From an uncultured Hyphomicrobiales bacterium (lineage in GTDB: Bacteria; Pseudomonadota; Alphaproteobacteria; Rhizobiales; Beijerinckiaceae), in NCBI GenBank assembly GCA_903885755.1, contig CAISJZ010000220.1:1367-65366 (forward strand): DNA of 64,000 nucleotides, written 5' to 3'. Positions 54,696 through 64,000 of this stretch are shown piece by piece. Under the pieces are notes generated by a model. It saw nothing but the letters and a program-made list of their open reading frames with translations, searched no databases and was not told where the DNA came from. The position numbers were made by a program, and so were the translations under genes. Numbering within the stretch: the first letter of the stretch is position 1; every line of letters starts with the position of its first letter.

Positions 54696-56183
54696 ATGGC
54701 GCATACGATCACGCATTTCAGGGCCGGTTCCCATTCTAGAGTCCCTGTCCCGTCCGCCCAGATCGTCCTCACGGGCCTTGCCCATTGCGTAATCTGGAGT
54801 CTGGCGCCGCCGCTCTTTCTCGGAAACCTCCATAGCGACACAGTGGAGGCCACGTCTTGGGCCACCCACTGGGATCTTGGCTATTTCAAGCACCCGCCCC
54901 TTGTTGCCTGGGTGTTAAACCTGGTCGGTTCGCTTCCGGGCTCCCGGATGGTGAATGATCTGCTTTTGTCGCAGGCGACAGTCGCGATAACAGCGGCCTT
55001 TCTCTGGCGCACGGTTGGGCTCTTTGCCAATCGCCGGACGGCGTTGGCGGCGGTCGTGATCTATCTGGCGTCCCCGCCAGCGACCTATTTCGCCACGCAG
55101 GTCAATCACAATTCTTTTTCAATCCCTTTCGGCGCGGCGATTCTGTGTTTTGGCCTAGCATATATGAAACGTCGGCGAAGCCTCGACATTGCACTGCTGG
55201 GTCTGGCGGCGGGCCTAGGACTCTTGACCAAATATCAGACGGCGTTCAATTTACTGACGCTAGGGGTGCTTGCGGTTGTGGTCCCGGCATTTCGATGGGT
55301 ATGGCGTGACCCACGGAGCTATGTCGGAGCATTGCTCGCCTTTCTGATTTTTGGGCCTCACCTCTGGTGGGATTACAATCACGGCTGGCGGACTATTCTT
55401 TATGCCTCTACTGATCGGCCGCTGCGGACGTTCGGCGATTTCGGTTACAGCCTGAATGAATTGCTCGACGGTTTGTTGATGTGCGCCGTTGGGCCGCTAC
55501 TCGCCTGGCTGATCTTGGGTCGTCCCAACCTTGTTTTGGGATGCGATGCCCGCGCGCGGCTTGGCGTGTGGATCGGGCTGACGCCGATCGTCGTCATGAT
55601 CGCTCTTGGTTTCGGCAGTGGCCAGATCCTCCGGCAAGGCTGGCTCATCCCGCAAATTCCCGGGGTGGCGATCGCATTGGCGCTGATGTACGCCCGGAGC
55701 CTGAATGCAATTGTTTTGGCGCCCTTATCGGTCGCCTTTCGCTCAATCTTGCTATCGGTTGGTCAGGTCATCGCATTCGCGACTTTTCTCATGTCGCGTT
55801 CGCTGACTGGGAATCCAGTCGCGGCTTACTCGTTGGACGGCAGGCTATTGGCGAGCAGTGTCCAAGCGGTGTGGAACGACCGCAATGCTGGTCCTATCCC
55901 CTGTATCGTGATGCCAAACCGCAGTTATGCGCTTGCAATGGTGCTCTATGCCAACCCTGTTCCGTTGGTGGTCGATCTCGATCTTTCAGGGCTTCCCGAG
56001 AAAGATCCGCTGGCCGCCTGTCGGTTAACCGGAGGACTGGCAATTACACCCGATGGACAGGAATATAATAATGAACTCAATATCTTGAATATGAAAGCAG
56101 TGACGGTAACGGTCCCGACCTGGCCGCGCGTTGGTGCGATGACCTGGACGTTTCAGATTTACGTAATCCCGCCCCCCGGATAG
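54696..56183 (+). CDS. GT-C membrane glycosyltransferase (GT39/GT83, ArnT/RgtA-like)
   Basis: D..E...W...W.LGY.KHPPL.AW, GL.LLTKY and P.L.W...HGW motifs; about 11 TM helices. Confidence 0.8.
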   Translation: MAHTITHFRAGSHSRVPVPSAQIVLTGLAHCVIWSLAPPLFLGNLHSDTVEATSWATHWDLGYFKHPPLVAWVLNLVGSLPGSRMVNDLLLSQATVAITAAFLWRTVGLFANRRTALAAVVIYLASPPATYFATQVNHNSFSIPFGAAILCFGLAYMKRRRSLDIALLGLAAGLGLLTKYQTAFNLLTLGVLAVVVPAFRWVWRDPRSYVGALLAFLIFGPHLWWDYNHGWRTILYASTDRPLRTFGDFGYSLNELLDGLLMCAVGPLLAWLILGRPNLVLGCDARARLGVWIGLTPIVVMIALGFGSGQILRQGWLIPQIPGVAIALALMYARSLNAIVLAPLSVAFRSILLSVGQVIAFATFLMSRSLTGNPVAAYSLDGRLLASSVQAVWNDRNAGPIPCIVMPNRSYALAMVLYANPVPLVVDLDLSGLPEKDPLAACRLTGGLAITPDGQEYNNELNILNMKAVTVTVPTWPRVGAMTWTFQIYVIPPPG

Positions 56184-56189
56184 GGCGTA

Positions 56190-57458
56190 TCAACCGGCGC
56201 GGCCGAATCGCTTTTCGATGTAGTCGGAGACGATGACCTTGAAGTCTCCTGCGATGCTTGGGCCACGAAGAGTCATTGCCTTCTTGCCATCAATGAAAAC
56301 GGGCGCGACAGGAACTTCTCCGGTCCCTGGCAGGGAAATCCCGATATCCGCGTGTTTGGATTCCCCTGGCCCGTTCACGATGCAGCCCATGACAGCGACG
56401 TTCAAATTTTCGACACCAGGATACCGGACTTTCCACCCCGGCATTTCGTCTCGGATGTGATTTTGAATGTCCCGCGCCAGTTCCTGAAAAACCGTCGACG
56501 TCGTGCGCCCGCATCCGGGACACGCGGCGACAAGCGGCACGAATGTACGAAACCCCATGGTTTGCAGAAGTTCCTGCGCGACCGTGACTTCGATTGTCCG
56601 GTCTCCGCCAGGTTCGGGCGTGAGCGACACGCGAATCGTATCCCCGATACCTTCCTGCAGCAGAATGCCCATGGCGGCGGACGATGCGACAATGCCCTTT
56701 GAACCCATTCCTGCCTCGGTCAATCCGAGGTGCAAGGCGTGGTTGGACCGTTCCGCGAGTGTTCGATAAACGGCGATCAGGTCCTGCACGGCGGAAACCT
56801 TGGCGGACAGGATGATCCGGTCGCGAGGGAGACCGATTTCCTCCGCGCGTTCGGCCGACCAGATCGCCGACCGTACCAGAGCTTCGCGAGTGACCGCGCG
56901 AGCGTCGAGGGGACGAGGCAATCTGGCGTTTTCGTCCATCATTCCGGTTAGCAGATCCTGATCGAGAGAACCCCAGTTTGCGCCTATGCGCACGGCCTTG
57001 CCATGCTTGATCGCTTGTTCGACGATGGCGCTGAATTGCCGGTCTTTCTTGTCCTTGAAGCCGACGTTGCCGGGGTTTATGCGGTATTTGTCCAGAGCGC
57101 GTGCGCATTCTGGATGATCAGCCAGAAGCTTGTGCCCGATATAATGAAAATCTCCGACAATCGGCGTGGTCACGCCCATTCGCAGCAGCTTTTCCTTGAT
57201 TCGAGGGACAGCGACCGCCGCCTCGTCGCGGTCGACCGTAATCCGCACGATCTCGGAGCCCGAGCGCGCCAGCGCCGCGATCTGGGCGACCGTGCCTTCG
57301 ACATCCGCCGTATCGGTATTCGTCATGGATTGAACAACGATCGGGGCGTCGCCGCCCACGATAACCGAACCGGGACCCTCGCCGATGCGCACGCCAATCG
57401 TATTATGGCGGGACGCGGGAGAGGCGGCAGGGTTGTCGATTTTCAGGCTTGTCGTCAT
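56190..57458 (-). CDS. ispG: (E)-4-hydroxy-3-methylbut-2-enyl diphosphate synthase
   Basis: [52 protein letters not shown]. Confidence 0.97.
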   Translation of the reverse strand: MTTSLKIDNPAASPASRHNTIGVRIGEGPGSVIVGGDAPIVVQSMTNTDTADVEGTVAQIAALARSGSEIVRITVDRDEAAVAVPRIKEKLLRMGVTTPIVGDFHYIGHKLLADHPECARALDKYRINPGNVGFKDKKDRQFSAIVEQAIKHGKAVRIGANWGSLDQDLLTGMMDENARLPRPLDARAVTREALVRSAIWSAERAEEIGLPRDRIILSAKVSAVQDLIAVYRTLAERSNHALHLGLTEAGMGSKGIVASSAAMGILLQEGIGDTIRVSLTPEPGGDRTIEVTVAQELLQTMGFRTFVPLVAACPGCGRTTSTVFQELARDIQNHIRDEMPGWKVRYPGVENLNVAVMGCIVNGPGESKHADIGISLPGTGEVPVAPVFIDGKKAMTLRGPSIAGDFKVIVSDYIEKRFGRAG

Positions 57459-57626
57459 GATTGGATAACCGTTTTGAGGAAGCGAACTCTAGGCGGCTTG
57501 GTATTTGGGGGCAAGCGCCGGACGAAACTGCCGGCTTGCCGTTGGAGTAGCTGCGGCCTTCCGAGAGTTCATTCTTCCGTCGCTTGAAAAATTGATGCGT
57601 CAATGCGATGAATTCAGGAACACTTG

Positions 57627-58085
57627 ATGTCCTATGTCCAGAATATTCTGCAGCCGGGCGAGAAGCTGTTGCTGACGGGCCGGGTCCACTGGATCGGCTT
57701 CTGGCGAGCTTTGGTATGTTTTGCGCTCACGTTTACGCTGTTGCTGTTTCAACCATCGCCGCCGGGATTTCGGTTGGTATTTGAAGCCGCGTCCATTTTT
57801 CTAGGCGGCCTTGGACTAGCGTTCGGCATCCGCGTTGCATTCGTTCGCTGGGGAACGGAAATCGCCGTTACGGATCGTCGCGTGATCTACAAGCGAGGCG
57901 TTATTGCGCGTCATACAGCGGAAATTAATATGGACAAGGTCGAAACAGTTCTGGTCGAGCAATCCCTGCTTGGTCGATTGCTGAATTATGGCGCGGTTTC
58001 GATCAGGGGCTCCGGAGCAAGTATCGAAACGCTGCGGAATATCGCTCACCCCATAGCGTTGCGCAGCGCGATCACGGCGCGATGA
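57627..58085 (+). CDS. Bacterial PH-domain membrane protein
   Basis: MSYV..IL.PGE, two TM helices, TE.AVT.RRVIYK.G...R.T.E....K.E...V.QS..GR.LNYG. Confidence 0.85.
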   Translation: MSYVQNILQPGEKLLLTGRVHWIGFWRALVCFALTFTLLLFQPSPPGFRLVFEAASIFLGGLGLAFGIRVAFVRWGTEIAVTDRRVIYKRGVIARHTAEINMDKVETVLVEQSLLGRLLNYGAVSIRGSGASIETLRNIAHPIALRSAITAR

Positions 58086-58130
58086 TCGAAAAAGTTCGAC
58101 TAGCCAATAACGAAGCCGGGGAGTGCGCGC

Positions 58131-58892
58131 ATGACTCGCTTTGATTTTGCCGCGCAGCGCCTTTTTGTTGACACGCCTCTCGGTGCGGGAGCCAACGTTT
58201 CTCTCAACCGGGACCAGACAAATTATTTGTTGAATGTCTTGCGCCTTGAAACGGGGGCGCGAATTCTTGCTTTCAATGGTCGCGATGGCGAATGGCTTGC
58301 GCGCCTTGAGGTTGCGCGCAAACGTGACGCCGCCCTATGCGTGGAGACGCTTGATCGCGCTCAAACCCTCCCTGGCAACATCCACTTGCTTTTCGCGCCA
58401 CTGAAACATACGCGGCTCGATTACATGGTCCAGAAAGCCGTCGAAATGGGCGTCAGTCGACTTGCGCCTGTTTTGACCCGACGAACGCAGGTCCACCGCC
58501 TGAATCTCGATCGCATGCGCTCAAATTGCGTCGAGGCAGCCGAACAATGCGGCGTCCTGTGCCTGCCGGAAATTGTTGAACCCATTACATTGGAAAAGGT
58601 TGCATCAACCTGGCCCGGGTCGCGGCAGTTGATTTTTTGCGACGAGGACGCCCCGGTGTCCGATCCAATCGGCGCGCTGAGATTGCGAGAATCAGTCGCA
58701 AATTCGTCCTTGGCGGTCCTGATTGGACCGGAAGGGGGATTCGATCCCGCCGAGCGGGCCTCTTTGATGGCCATTCCTGGCTCACTGGCTATCTCGCTCG
58801 GACCGCGCATTTTGCGCGCGGACACTGCGGCGGTGGCGGCGCTCGCGCTTGTCCAGGCCGCGCTTGGGGACTGGCGCGGCCAGTTGGGGTGA
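58131..58892 (+). CDS. rsmE: 16S rRNA m3U1498 methyltransferase RsmE
   Basis: YLLNVLRL, FNGRDGEW, QKAVEMG, EAAEQC, IGPEGGF, LGPRILRADTA. Confidence 0.96.
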   Translation: MTRFDFAAQRLFVDTPLGAGANVSLNRDQTNYLLNVLRLETGARILAFNGRDGEWLARLEVARKRDAALCVETLDRAQTLPGNIHLLFAPLKHTRLDYMVQKAVEMGVSRLAPVLTRRTQVHRLNLDRMRSNCVEAAEQCGVLCLPEIVEPITLEKVASTWPGSRQLIFCDEDAPVSDPIGALRLRESVANSSLAVLIGPEGGFDPAERASLMAIPGSLAISLGPRILRADTAAVAALALVQAALGDWRGQLG

Positions 58893-59042
58893 GGATTTGG
58901 CGCCACGGTCCGTAACTTCATGTATTACCCCGATGCGGCGACCACGATCTCGCCATTTTGTTGACCGCATGACAGTCCGCTCTGAAGCTCATGAAGCAAA
59001 CCGCCGATCCCAATCGGCGGTATCGCAAATCAGGACCCGTCC

Positions 59043-59345
59043 ATGACCGCTGCCTCTATCCGTGGCTATTTTCTGGGCCTTTTCGCATTGCCGGCCGCGA
59101 TATTCGCAATATTGTCCGCGCCCGCCCGGGCTGCCTGCGAAGGATCCGCGGACATTGGTATGCCGAACGCAGCCAGGCCGTGCGCTCAGGTCGAAGAGCG
59201 GCTTCGGCTCGATCCACGCGGCCGGCGGGACATTTCTCCCTGGGGCGCCGTCAATTCATTCGCGCCAATCGGCGAAGGGGGGATATCGCCCGCGCATCAG
59301 AGGCTCGATGGTGGTTATGGAATCAATGCTCCGCGGTTACGCTGA
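59043..59345 (+). CDS. Hypothetical small secreted protein
   Basis: ATG with AGGA RBS 7 nt upstream; Sec-like signal peptide ending APARA; two Cys in the mature part; fills the rsmE-cysQ gap. Confidence 0.6.
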   Translation: MTAASIRGYFLGLFALPAAIFAILSAPARAACEGSADIGMPNAARPCAQVEERLRLDPRGRRDISPWGAVNSFAPIGEGGISPAHQRLDGGYGINAPRLR

Positions 59346-59393
59346 ATTCCGCCGCGACGCCTTGCGCCCGACTTTTGTCCTCGTTATTCGCCA

Positions 59394-60242
59394 TTGAGCA
59401 TTCTGGGGCGGAAGGCGAAGCTTTTGAGCAATCAATTCGAGGATATGGATTTTGTCACATGCGCAACAGAGCTTGCGCGGCAGGCGGGCAAGATAGCTCT
59501 CGACTATTATCGCGTCGGCGAAAAAACCACCGCCTGCGTGGAGCACAAGGATGGTGGTTCGCCAGTTACAGAGGCCGACAAGCGGGTAGACGGGTTCTTG
59601 CGGAAGAGGCTACTGGAGCTTGCACCCGATGGCGGGTGGTTGTCGGAGGAAACGATCGATAATGCTGATCGACTGACCCGAGAGCGAATTTTCATCGTTG
59701 ATCCGATCGATGGGACGCGGGCTTTCATGTCCGGCGATCCACGCTGGGGCGTTTGCGTGGCGCTCATCGAAGCCGGTCGGCCGAGCTTCGGGATTTTTCA
59801 TATGCCGGCAATGGGCGTTACGTATGTCGCGGCGCGCGGCCGTGGGGCGACCCGGAATGGATTGCCCATCTTGGCTTCGTCCTGTGCGGCGTTAACAAGC
59901 GCGCTGATCGCAGGTCCAAAGGGTACGCTGAGGGCGCTTTCAGATGCCGGCGTCAGCTTCCGAAGCGAGCCCCGCATTCCTTCGCTTGCCTATCGCTTGG
60001 TCAGGGTTGCGGAGGGCAGTCTGGACGGGGCTATCGCCTCGACCAATGCATGCGATTGGGATATAGCCGCCGCCGACGCCATCCTTGTCGAAGCTGGGGG
60101 TAGTCTGACCGACGTTGAGGGACTGCCGCCCGTGTACAACAAGGTTGAATTCCGGCATGGCATGCTTTGTGCCGCGCCGGCAGCGGTTCAGGGAGACCTG
60201 ATTCGGGCGTTGCGCGAGGCGCTCGGAGAAAACAACATGTAA
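59394..60242 (+). CDS. cysQ: 3'(2'),5'-bisphosphate nucleotidase CysQ / inositol monophosphatase family
   Basis: K..GSPVTEAD, WLSEE, VDPIDGTRAF, DWDIAAAD. The true start is probably 59424-59445. Confidence 0.82.
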   Translation: MSILGRKAKLLSNQFEDMDFVTCATELARQAGKIALDYYRVGEKTTACVEHKDGGSPVTEADKRVDGFLRKRLLELAPDGGWLSEETIDNADRLTRERIFIVDPIDGTRAFMSGDPRWGVCVALIEAGRPSFGIFHMPAMGVTYVAARGRGATRNGLPILASSCAALTSALIAGPKGTLRALSDAGVSFRSEPRIPSLAYRLVRVAEGSLDGAIASTNACDWDIAAADAILVEAGGSLTDVEGLPPVYNKVEFRHGMLCAAPAAVQGDLIRALREALGENNM

Positions 60243-60335
60243 GGGGTTGAAAAACGATAGAGTTTTCAATCTATGGACAAATTCTTTCGGCGCTTATGGC
60301 GCTACTCCAGCGCTTGCACAATCACGAGGATCCTC

Positions 60336-60575
60336 ATGGCTAACCACGACGCGACGCTTGAATCCAAGCAACTCCTTCATCTCGTTTTTGGCGGAGAATT
60401 GACCGCCCTCGGCGGAGCCGAATTTCGCGATACGAAGGCAATCGACATCGTGGGCATCTTTCCGAATTACGCGTCGGCCCACGCTGCGTGGAAGGCCAAG
60501 GCGCAGATGACGGTCGATAACGCCTTGGTTCGATACTTCATTGTGCACATGCACCGTTTTATGGATCCGTCCTGA
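60336..60575 (+). CDS. DUF4170 family protein
   Basis: QLLHLVFGGEL....F.D...DIVGIFPNYA.A..AWK.KAQ.TVDNA..RYFIVH.HR; ATG at 60336 with GAGG RBS. Confidence 0.88.
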   Translation: MANHDATLESKQLLHLVFGGELTALGGAEFRDTKAIDIVGIFPNYASAHAAWKAKAQMTVDNALVRYFIVHMHRFMDPS

Positions 60576-60580
60576 GGAAC

Positions 60581-61309
60581 ATGTTGAAACGATTTGGTCG
60601 AGCAGCCTTCGTCCAATCCATGATCGGGGTCGTCGCCGTCGCATGGCTTTGGCTGGTGCGCTCCACAACCCGATTTGAAGTGGAGCCACGCGGCTTTCCC
60701 GATCTTGTGCGGGACGATTGTCCGATCATTGTCGCAATGTGGCACGGACAACATTTCATGGTCTCCTTTGCCTGGCCAAAGGGCTTGCGTGTCAGCGCGC
60801 TGATCTCGCGTTCGGGCGATGGCGAATTGAACGCACAATTGCTTGAAAGACTCGGCGTCGAACCTATTCGCGGTTCGGGAGGCTCGGGCCCGAAAATTCG
60901 CAAGCGTGGCGGCGCGATGGCTTTCCGCGAAATGCTCCGGCGCCTGCGGGACGGATCGTCCATCGTTCTGACAGCGGACGTGCCAAAAGTTGCCCGTGTT
61001 TGCGGCGACGGCATCGTCGCGTTGGCTCGCTTGTCAGGCCGACCAATTTTCCCGATCGCGGTCGTCTGCCGGTGGCGCATCGATTTCCGAAGCTGGGATC
61101 GCGCTTCGGTTGGACTCCCGTTTGGTCGGGGCGCAATGGTCCTCGGCGCGCCAATTCACGTCGCGGTCGACGCGGGTTCAGCCGAACTCGAAGCAGCGCG
61201 CCGCGCAGTCGAGTGGGGGCTTAACAGGGCGCATGCTAAAGCCTACGCCCTTGCCGGATCGGTTGATCCATGGGACGAACTCGCCGCCGGGCCGAGTACC
61301 TCCACATGA
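60581..61309 (+). CDS. DUF374 lysophospholipid acyltransferase family (LpxJ-like)
   Basis: AMWHGQH, LISRS.DGE, IRGS, LTADVPK, SWDR....LPF.RG; directly upstream of waaA. Confidence 0.8.
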   Translation: MLKRFGRAAFVQSMIGVVAVAWLWLVRSTTRFEVEPRGFPDLVRDDCPIIVAMWHGQHFMVSFAWPKGLRVSALISRSGDGELNAQLLERLGVEPIRGSGGSGPKIRKRGGAMAFREMLRRLRDGSSIVLTADVPKVARVCGDGIVALARLSGRPIFPIAVVCRWRIDFRSWDRASVGLPFGRGAMVLGAPIHVAVDAGSAELEAARRAVEWGLNRAHAKAYALAGSVDPWDELAAGPSTST

Positions 61310-62601
61310 ATGTGTTTTCGGATCCTTTGCTCGTCGCCTATCGAGTAACCACGATGGTGCTTGGTCCGCTCGCGCCGGCGCTGCTGGCCTGGCGTCGTCG
61401 TCGCGGCAAGGAAGACCCAGGACGAATCGGCGAACGCCTGGGCAGGACGGAATTGATCCGCCCCGACGGTCGTCTAGCCTGGCTGCATGGCGCCAGTGTC
61501 GGCGAAGGGCTTGCGCTATTGCCATTGGTTGAGAGACTGATCGAGCGCGGATTTAGGGTAATCGTAACCACAGGCACGGTCACTTCCGCGAAAATTCTGG
61601 GCGTTCGTTTGCCGCTAGGGGCGATCCACCAATACGCGCCCATTGACGTCCCAGCGGTCATGGGGCGGTTCTTGGAGCATTGGCGACCAGATCTGGTGGC
61701 GATCGCGGAATCCGAGATATGGCCAAATATGTTATGCGAAACACGACGACGCTCGATTCCGCTCGTGCTCGTCAACGCGCGATTGTCACGCCGATCGTTC
61801 AGTCGTTGGCGCATGTTTCCGCGAACGATAGGGCCGTTATTGGGTCGGGTTGATCTGATTCTGGCGCAAACTTATGAGGATGCCCTTCGCCTCGAGCGGC
61901 TTGGCGCGCCGCGCGTGCAGATCGCCGGCAATCTCAAATACGATGTGCCGCCGCCGCCGATCGATCCAGTCAAACTGGCCGAATTGACAGCGGCGATTGG
62001 ACCAAGGCCGGTCTGGCTTGCCGCGTCAACGCATCCGCCGGAAGAGGACATCATTATCGAGGCGCATATTCAGGCGGCCGGGCAAAGGCCTGGACTGTTG
62101 ACGATCATAGCCCCTAGGCATGTCGCGCGCGGAGCCGATATTGCGGGGATTGCGGCCGCAAGAGGCATAGTGACCGCGTTGCGTTCGCGCGGCGATCCCA
62201 TCACTCGAGAAACAGGGCTTTATGTCGCTGATACGATGGGCGAACTCGGTGTATTTTATCGACTCGCGGGTCTTGTATTTGTCGGAAAATCGATTGGCGG
62301 CGCAGCCGGAGGTCAGAACCCGATTGAGCCGGCCAAACTTGGAGCCGCGGTTCTGCACGGCCCCGACGTTGCGAATTTTGTGGAGGTTTATCGGGCCATT
62401 GACACGGCGAAGGGAGCGATCATGGTGGCAGATGCATCCACGCTCGCGCGCACTCTTGGCGCGCTGCTTTCGGACCCAGCCAGCGCTCGGCTGATGGCTC
62501 GCGCGGCGGGTGAGGCAGTTGACCGTTTGGGAGGCGCGACAAATGTCGTTATGACCGCGCTTGAGCCTTATTTGATGCAAATGCAATTGGAGCGGCGATA
62601 G
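61306..62601 (+). CDS. waaA: Kdo transferase WaaA (KdtA)
   Basis: GKED..R..ER.G, WLHGASVGE, ESEIWPN, GNLKYD, AASTH..E, APRH, DTMGE, GGQNPIEPA; ATGA overlap with the DUF374 gene. Confidence 0.95.
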   Translation: MNVFSDPLLVAYRVTTMVLGPLAPALLAWRRRRGKEDPGRIGERLGRTELIRPDGRLAWLHGASVGEGLALLPLVERLIERGFRVIVTTGTVTSAKILGVRLPLGAIHQYAPIDVPAVMGRFLEHWRPDLVAIAESEIWPNMLCETRRRSIPLVLVNARLSRRSFSRWRMFPRTIGPLLGRVDLILAQTYEDALRLERLGAPRVQIAGNLKYDVPPPPIDPVKLAELTAAIGPRPVWLAASTHPPEEDIIIEAHIQAAGQRPGLLTIIAPRHVARGADIAGIAAARGIVTALRSRGDPITRETGLYVADTMGELGVFYRLAGLVFVGKSIGGAAGGQNPIEPAKLGAAVLHGPDVANFVEVYRAIDTAKGAIMVADASTLARTLGALLSDPASARLMARAAGEAVDRLGGATNVVMTALEPYLMQMQLERR

Positions 62602-63602
62602 TGCGGGCGCCCCATTTCTGGTGGGAGGATGCGCCATCCCTGACCGCTCAGCTGCTGCGACCGATCGGCTCGCTGGCTGGGGGAATCGCGGCCCGCCGCA
62701 TGTCACGGTCCGGCGTCGCCGTTGGCGTCCCGGTCATTTGTGTTGGAAATTTTGTGGTGGGTGGTGCGGGCAAGACGCCAATCGCGTTGGCGATTGGCGA
62801 AATACTGAAAAGGCGCGGCGAACGACCCGTGTTCCTATCAAGGGGATATGGCGGCAAGCCTTCGCGAGCGCCAGTGATCGTTGATGCGACGCGACATGAT
62901 GCTGGCGATGTCGGCGATGAACCGTTGCTTCTGGTGCGTTTGGCGCCGACCATCGTTTGCGTTGATCGACGCGCCGGAGCCAGGGCGGCGATCGTAGAAG
63001 GCGCCTCGATCCTGATCATGGACGATGGGCTACAGAACGCCGCGCTTGAAAAACATTTGACGTTTGCGGTCGTGGACGCGGAAGTTGGTGTCGGTAACGG
63101 ACTATGTATCCCGGCCGGCCCGCTACGCGCGCCTCTCGCGACTCAATGGTCGCGTGTTGATGCGCTTGTCGTCGTCGGCGACGGTTCGGCGGGTGAAGTG
63201 ATTTCTAGCCAAGCGCTAGCTCTTGGCAAGCCGGTTTTATCGACGCGATTGTGTCCCTCGGCGGAGGCGGCGCCGCGTTTTGCGGGACGTCGCGTTTTGG
63301 CGTTCGCAGGAATCGGGCGGCCGGAAAAATTCTTTACGTCCTTGGCGGAGGTTGGCGCGCATATTGTCGCGCAACGTGAATTTCCAGACCACTACGCTTA
63401 TAAAATCACTGATTTAGATGAATTGATGCGCGAAGCGGCGAAAATGGACGCTGTTCTCGTGACAACGGAAAAGGATGTGGTTCGTATCCCGCCCGGCGCG
63501 GTCGTTGAGACGCTGCCTGTAACCGCCAAGTTTTCGGATGAAAACTTACTGGGCGGCCTGATAGACCGAGCCATCGAGTACCTGCCGTTAAATACTGAAT
63601 AA
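62601..63602 (+). CDS. lpxK: Tetraacyldisaccharide 4'-kinase
   Basis: VICVGN..VGG.GKTP, SRGYG, GDEP, MDDGLQN, PAGPLR, FAGIGRP, FPDH, TTEKD. Confidence 0.96.
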   Translation: MRAPHFWWEDAPSLTAQLLRPIGSLAGGIAARRMSRSGVAVGVPVICVGNFVVGGAGKTPIALAIGEILKRRGERPVFLSRGYGGKPSRAPVIVDATRHDAGDVGDEPLLLVRLAPTIVCVDRRAGARAAIVEGASILIMDDGLQNAALEKHLTFAVVDAEVGVGNGLCIPAGPLRAPLATQWSRVDALVVVGDGSAGEVISSQALALGKPVLSTRLCPSAEAAPRFAGRRVLAFAGIGRPEKFFTSLAEVGAHIVAQREFPDHYAYKITDLDELMREAAKMDAVLVTTEKDVVRIPPGAVVETLPVTAKFSDENLLGGLIDRAIEYLPLNTE

Positions 63603-63604
63603 AA

Positions 63605-63826
63605 TTAGAGCCTTAGGTCGACACCAAGCCTCGTCAGTTTCGCTTGCGGAGATGCATAGGCTTCCTGCTTATCGACATCCCAGTATTTGAGCTCATCGAG
63701 CGGAATCGGCGCGCCAGTCACGCCGCAACGCACAAAAGCCCCCGGACGAATGACCCGAAAATCTCCGTCGCGAAAATCGACGAGAGCTTCGCCTGCCGGC
63801 GGGGTTTGCCTTTCGTAGCGGTTCAT
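63605..63826 (-). CDS. DUF2093 family protein
   Basis: GEA...F.DGDF.VIRPG.FV.C.VTG..IPLDELKYW....QE.Y. Confidence 0.88.
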   Translation of the reverse strand: MNRYERQTPPAGEALVDFRDGDFRVIRPGAFVRCGVTGAPIPLDELKYWDVDKQEAYASPQAKLTRLGVDLRL

Positions 63827-63897
63827 CTTGAATCTCTATTCCTTTCGCAGCGATCGACCGCGAATTTAGTCGACGGAATCGTTAAGCGCCAGTCGCG

Positions 63898-64000
63898 TCA
63901 ACCGACATGAGCTTCATATCCCCCCGCGCTCACGGTTTTAGCTAATTGTTCCGCCGCAGCCAGCGTGGTCACGGATATCCTGCCGCTCTTCAAATCGACA
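63898..64000 (-). CDS. Heavy-metal-associated (HMA/CopZ-like) domain protein, 3' end (partial)
   Basis: The minus frame reads VDLKSGRISVTTLAAAEQLAKTVSAGGYEAHVG*, fitting the HMA C-terminal pattern VDL....V.V......I...I..AGY. The CxxC motif would lie outside the window. Confidence 0.55.
   Translation of the reverse strand, partial: VDLKSGRISVTTLAAAEQLAKTVSAGGYEAHVG

Noticed and set aside
58991-59662. 223-aa plus-strand ORF spanning the orphan gene and cysQ
   Set aside because: Arg-rich off-frame composition, and it overlaps two better-supported ORFs.

Overview
A 64-kb, gene-dense core-chromosome segment of a GC-rich alphaproteobacterium (Hyphomicrobiales/Rhizobiales by gene order and protein style; this is inference). 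It appears to span the replication origin. The parB-parA-rsmG-mnmG-mnmE-rho block (minus strand) carries two perfect parS sites, and an AT-rich, DnaA-box-containing gap at ~44.4-44.77 kb separates it from the kinase/pyrophosphorylase-maf-coaE-dnaQ block (plus strand). The rest is housekeeping: htpG-prmC-DUF4167-clpB, uppP, ftsEX-plsC, tyrA-hisC-chorismate mutase, metXW, two ammonium transporters (orphan amt and glnK-amtB) around cnoX and tRNA-Gly, ftsK-lolA-xth, a cenR/otpR-like regulator, leuS-lptE-holA, secB, an ABC1 kinase, pntAB, rpsU, ispG, rsmE and a lipid A operon (DUF374-waaA-lpxK). I see no mobile element, prophage, CRISPR array or clearly novel multi-gene system. The most interesting signals are non-coding or small: a structured CCCCAG-repeat sRNA upstream of htpG; a candidate 3'UTR-derived anti-SD sRNA after amtB; twin sigma54 promoters sharing a GG-N10-GA variant with NtrC-type sites; a long structured DUF4167 leader; an oriC that has lost its usual hemE neighbour; htpG sitting where prfA usually precedes prmC; and a few small or orphan ORFs. 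Product calls come from recognising motifs by eye, with no database searches.
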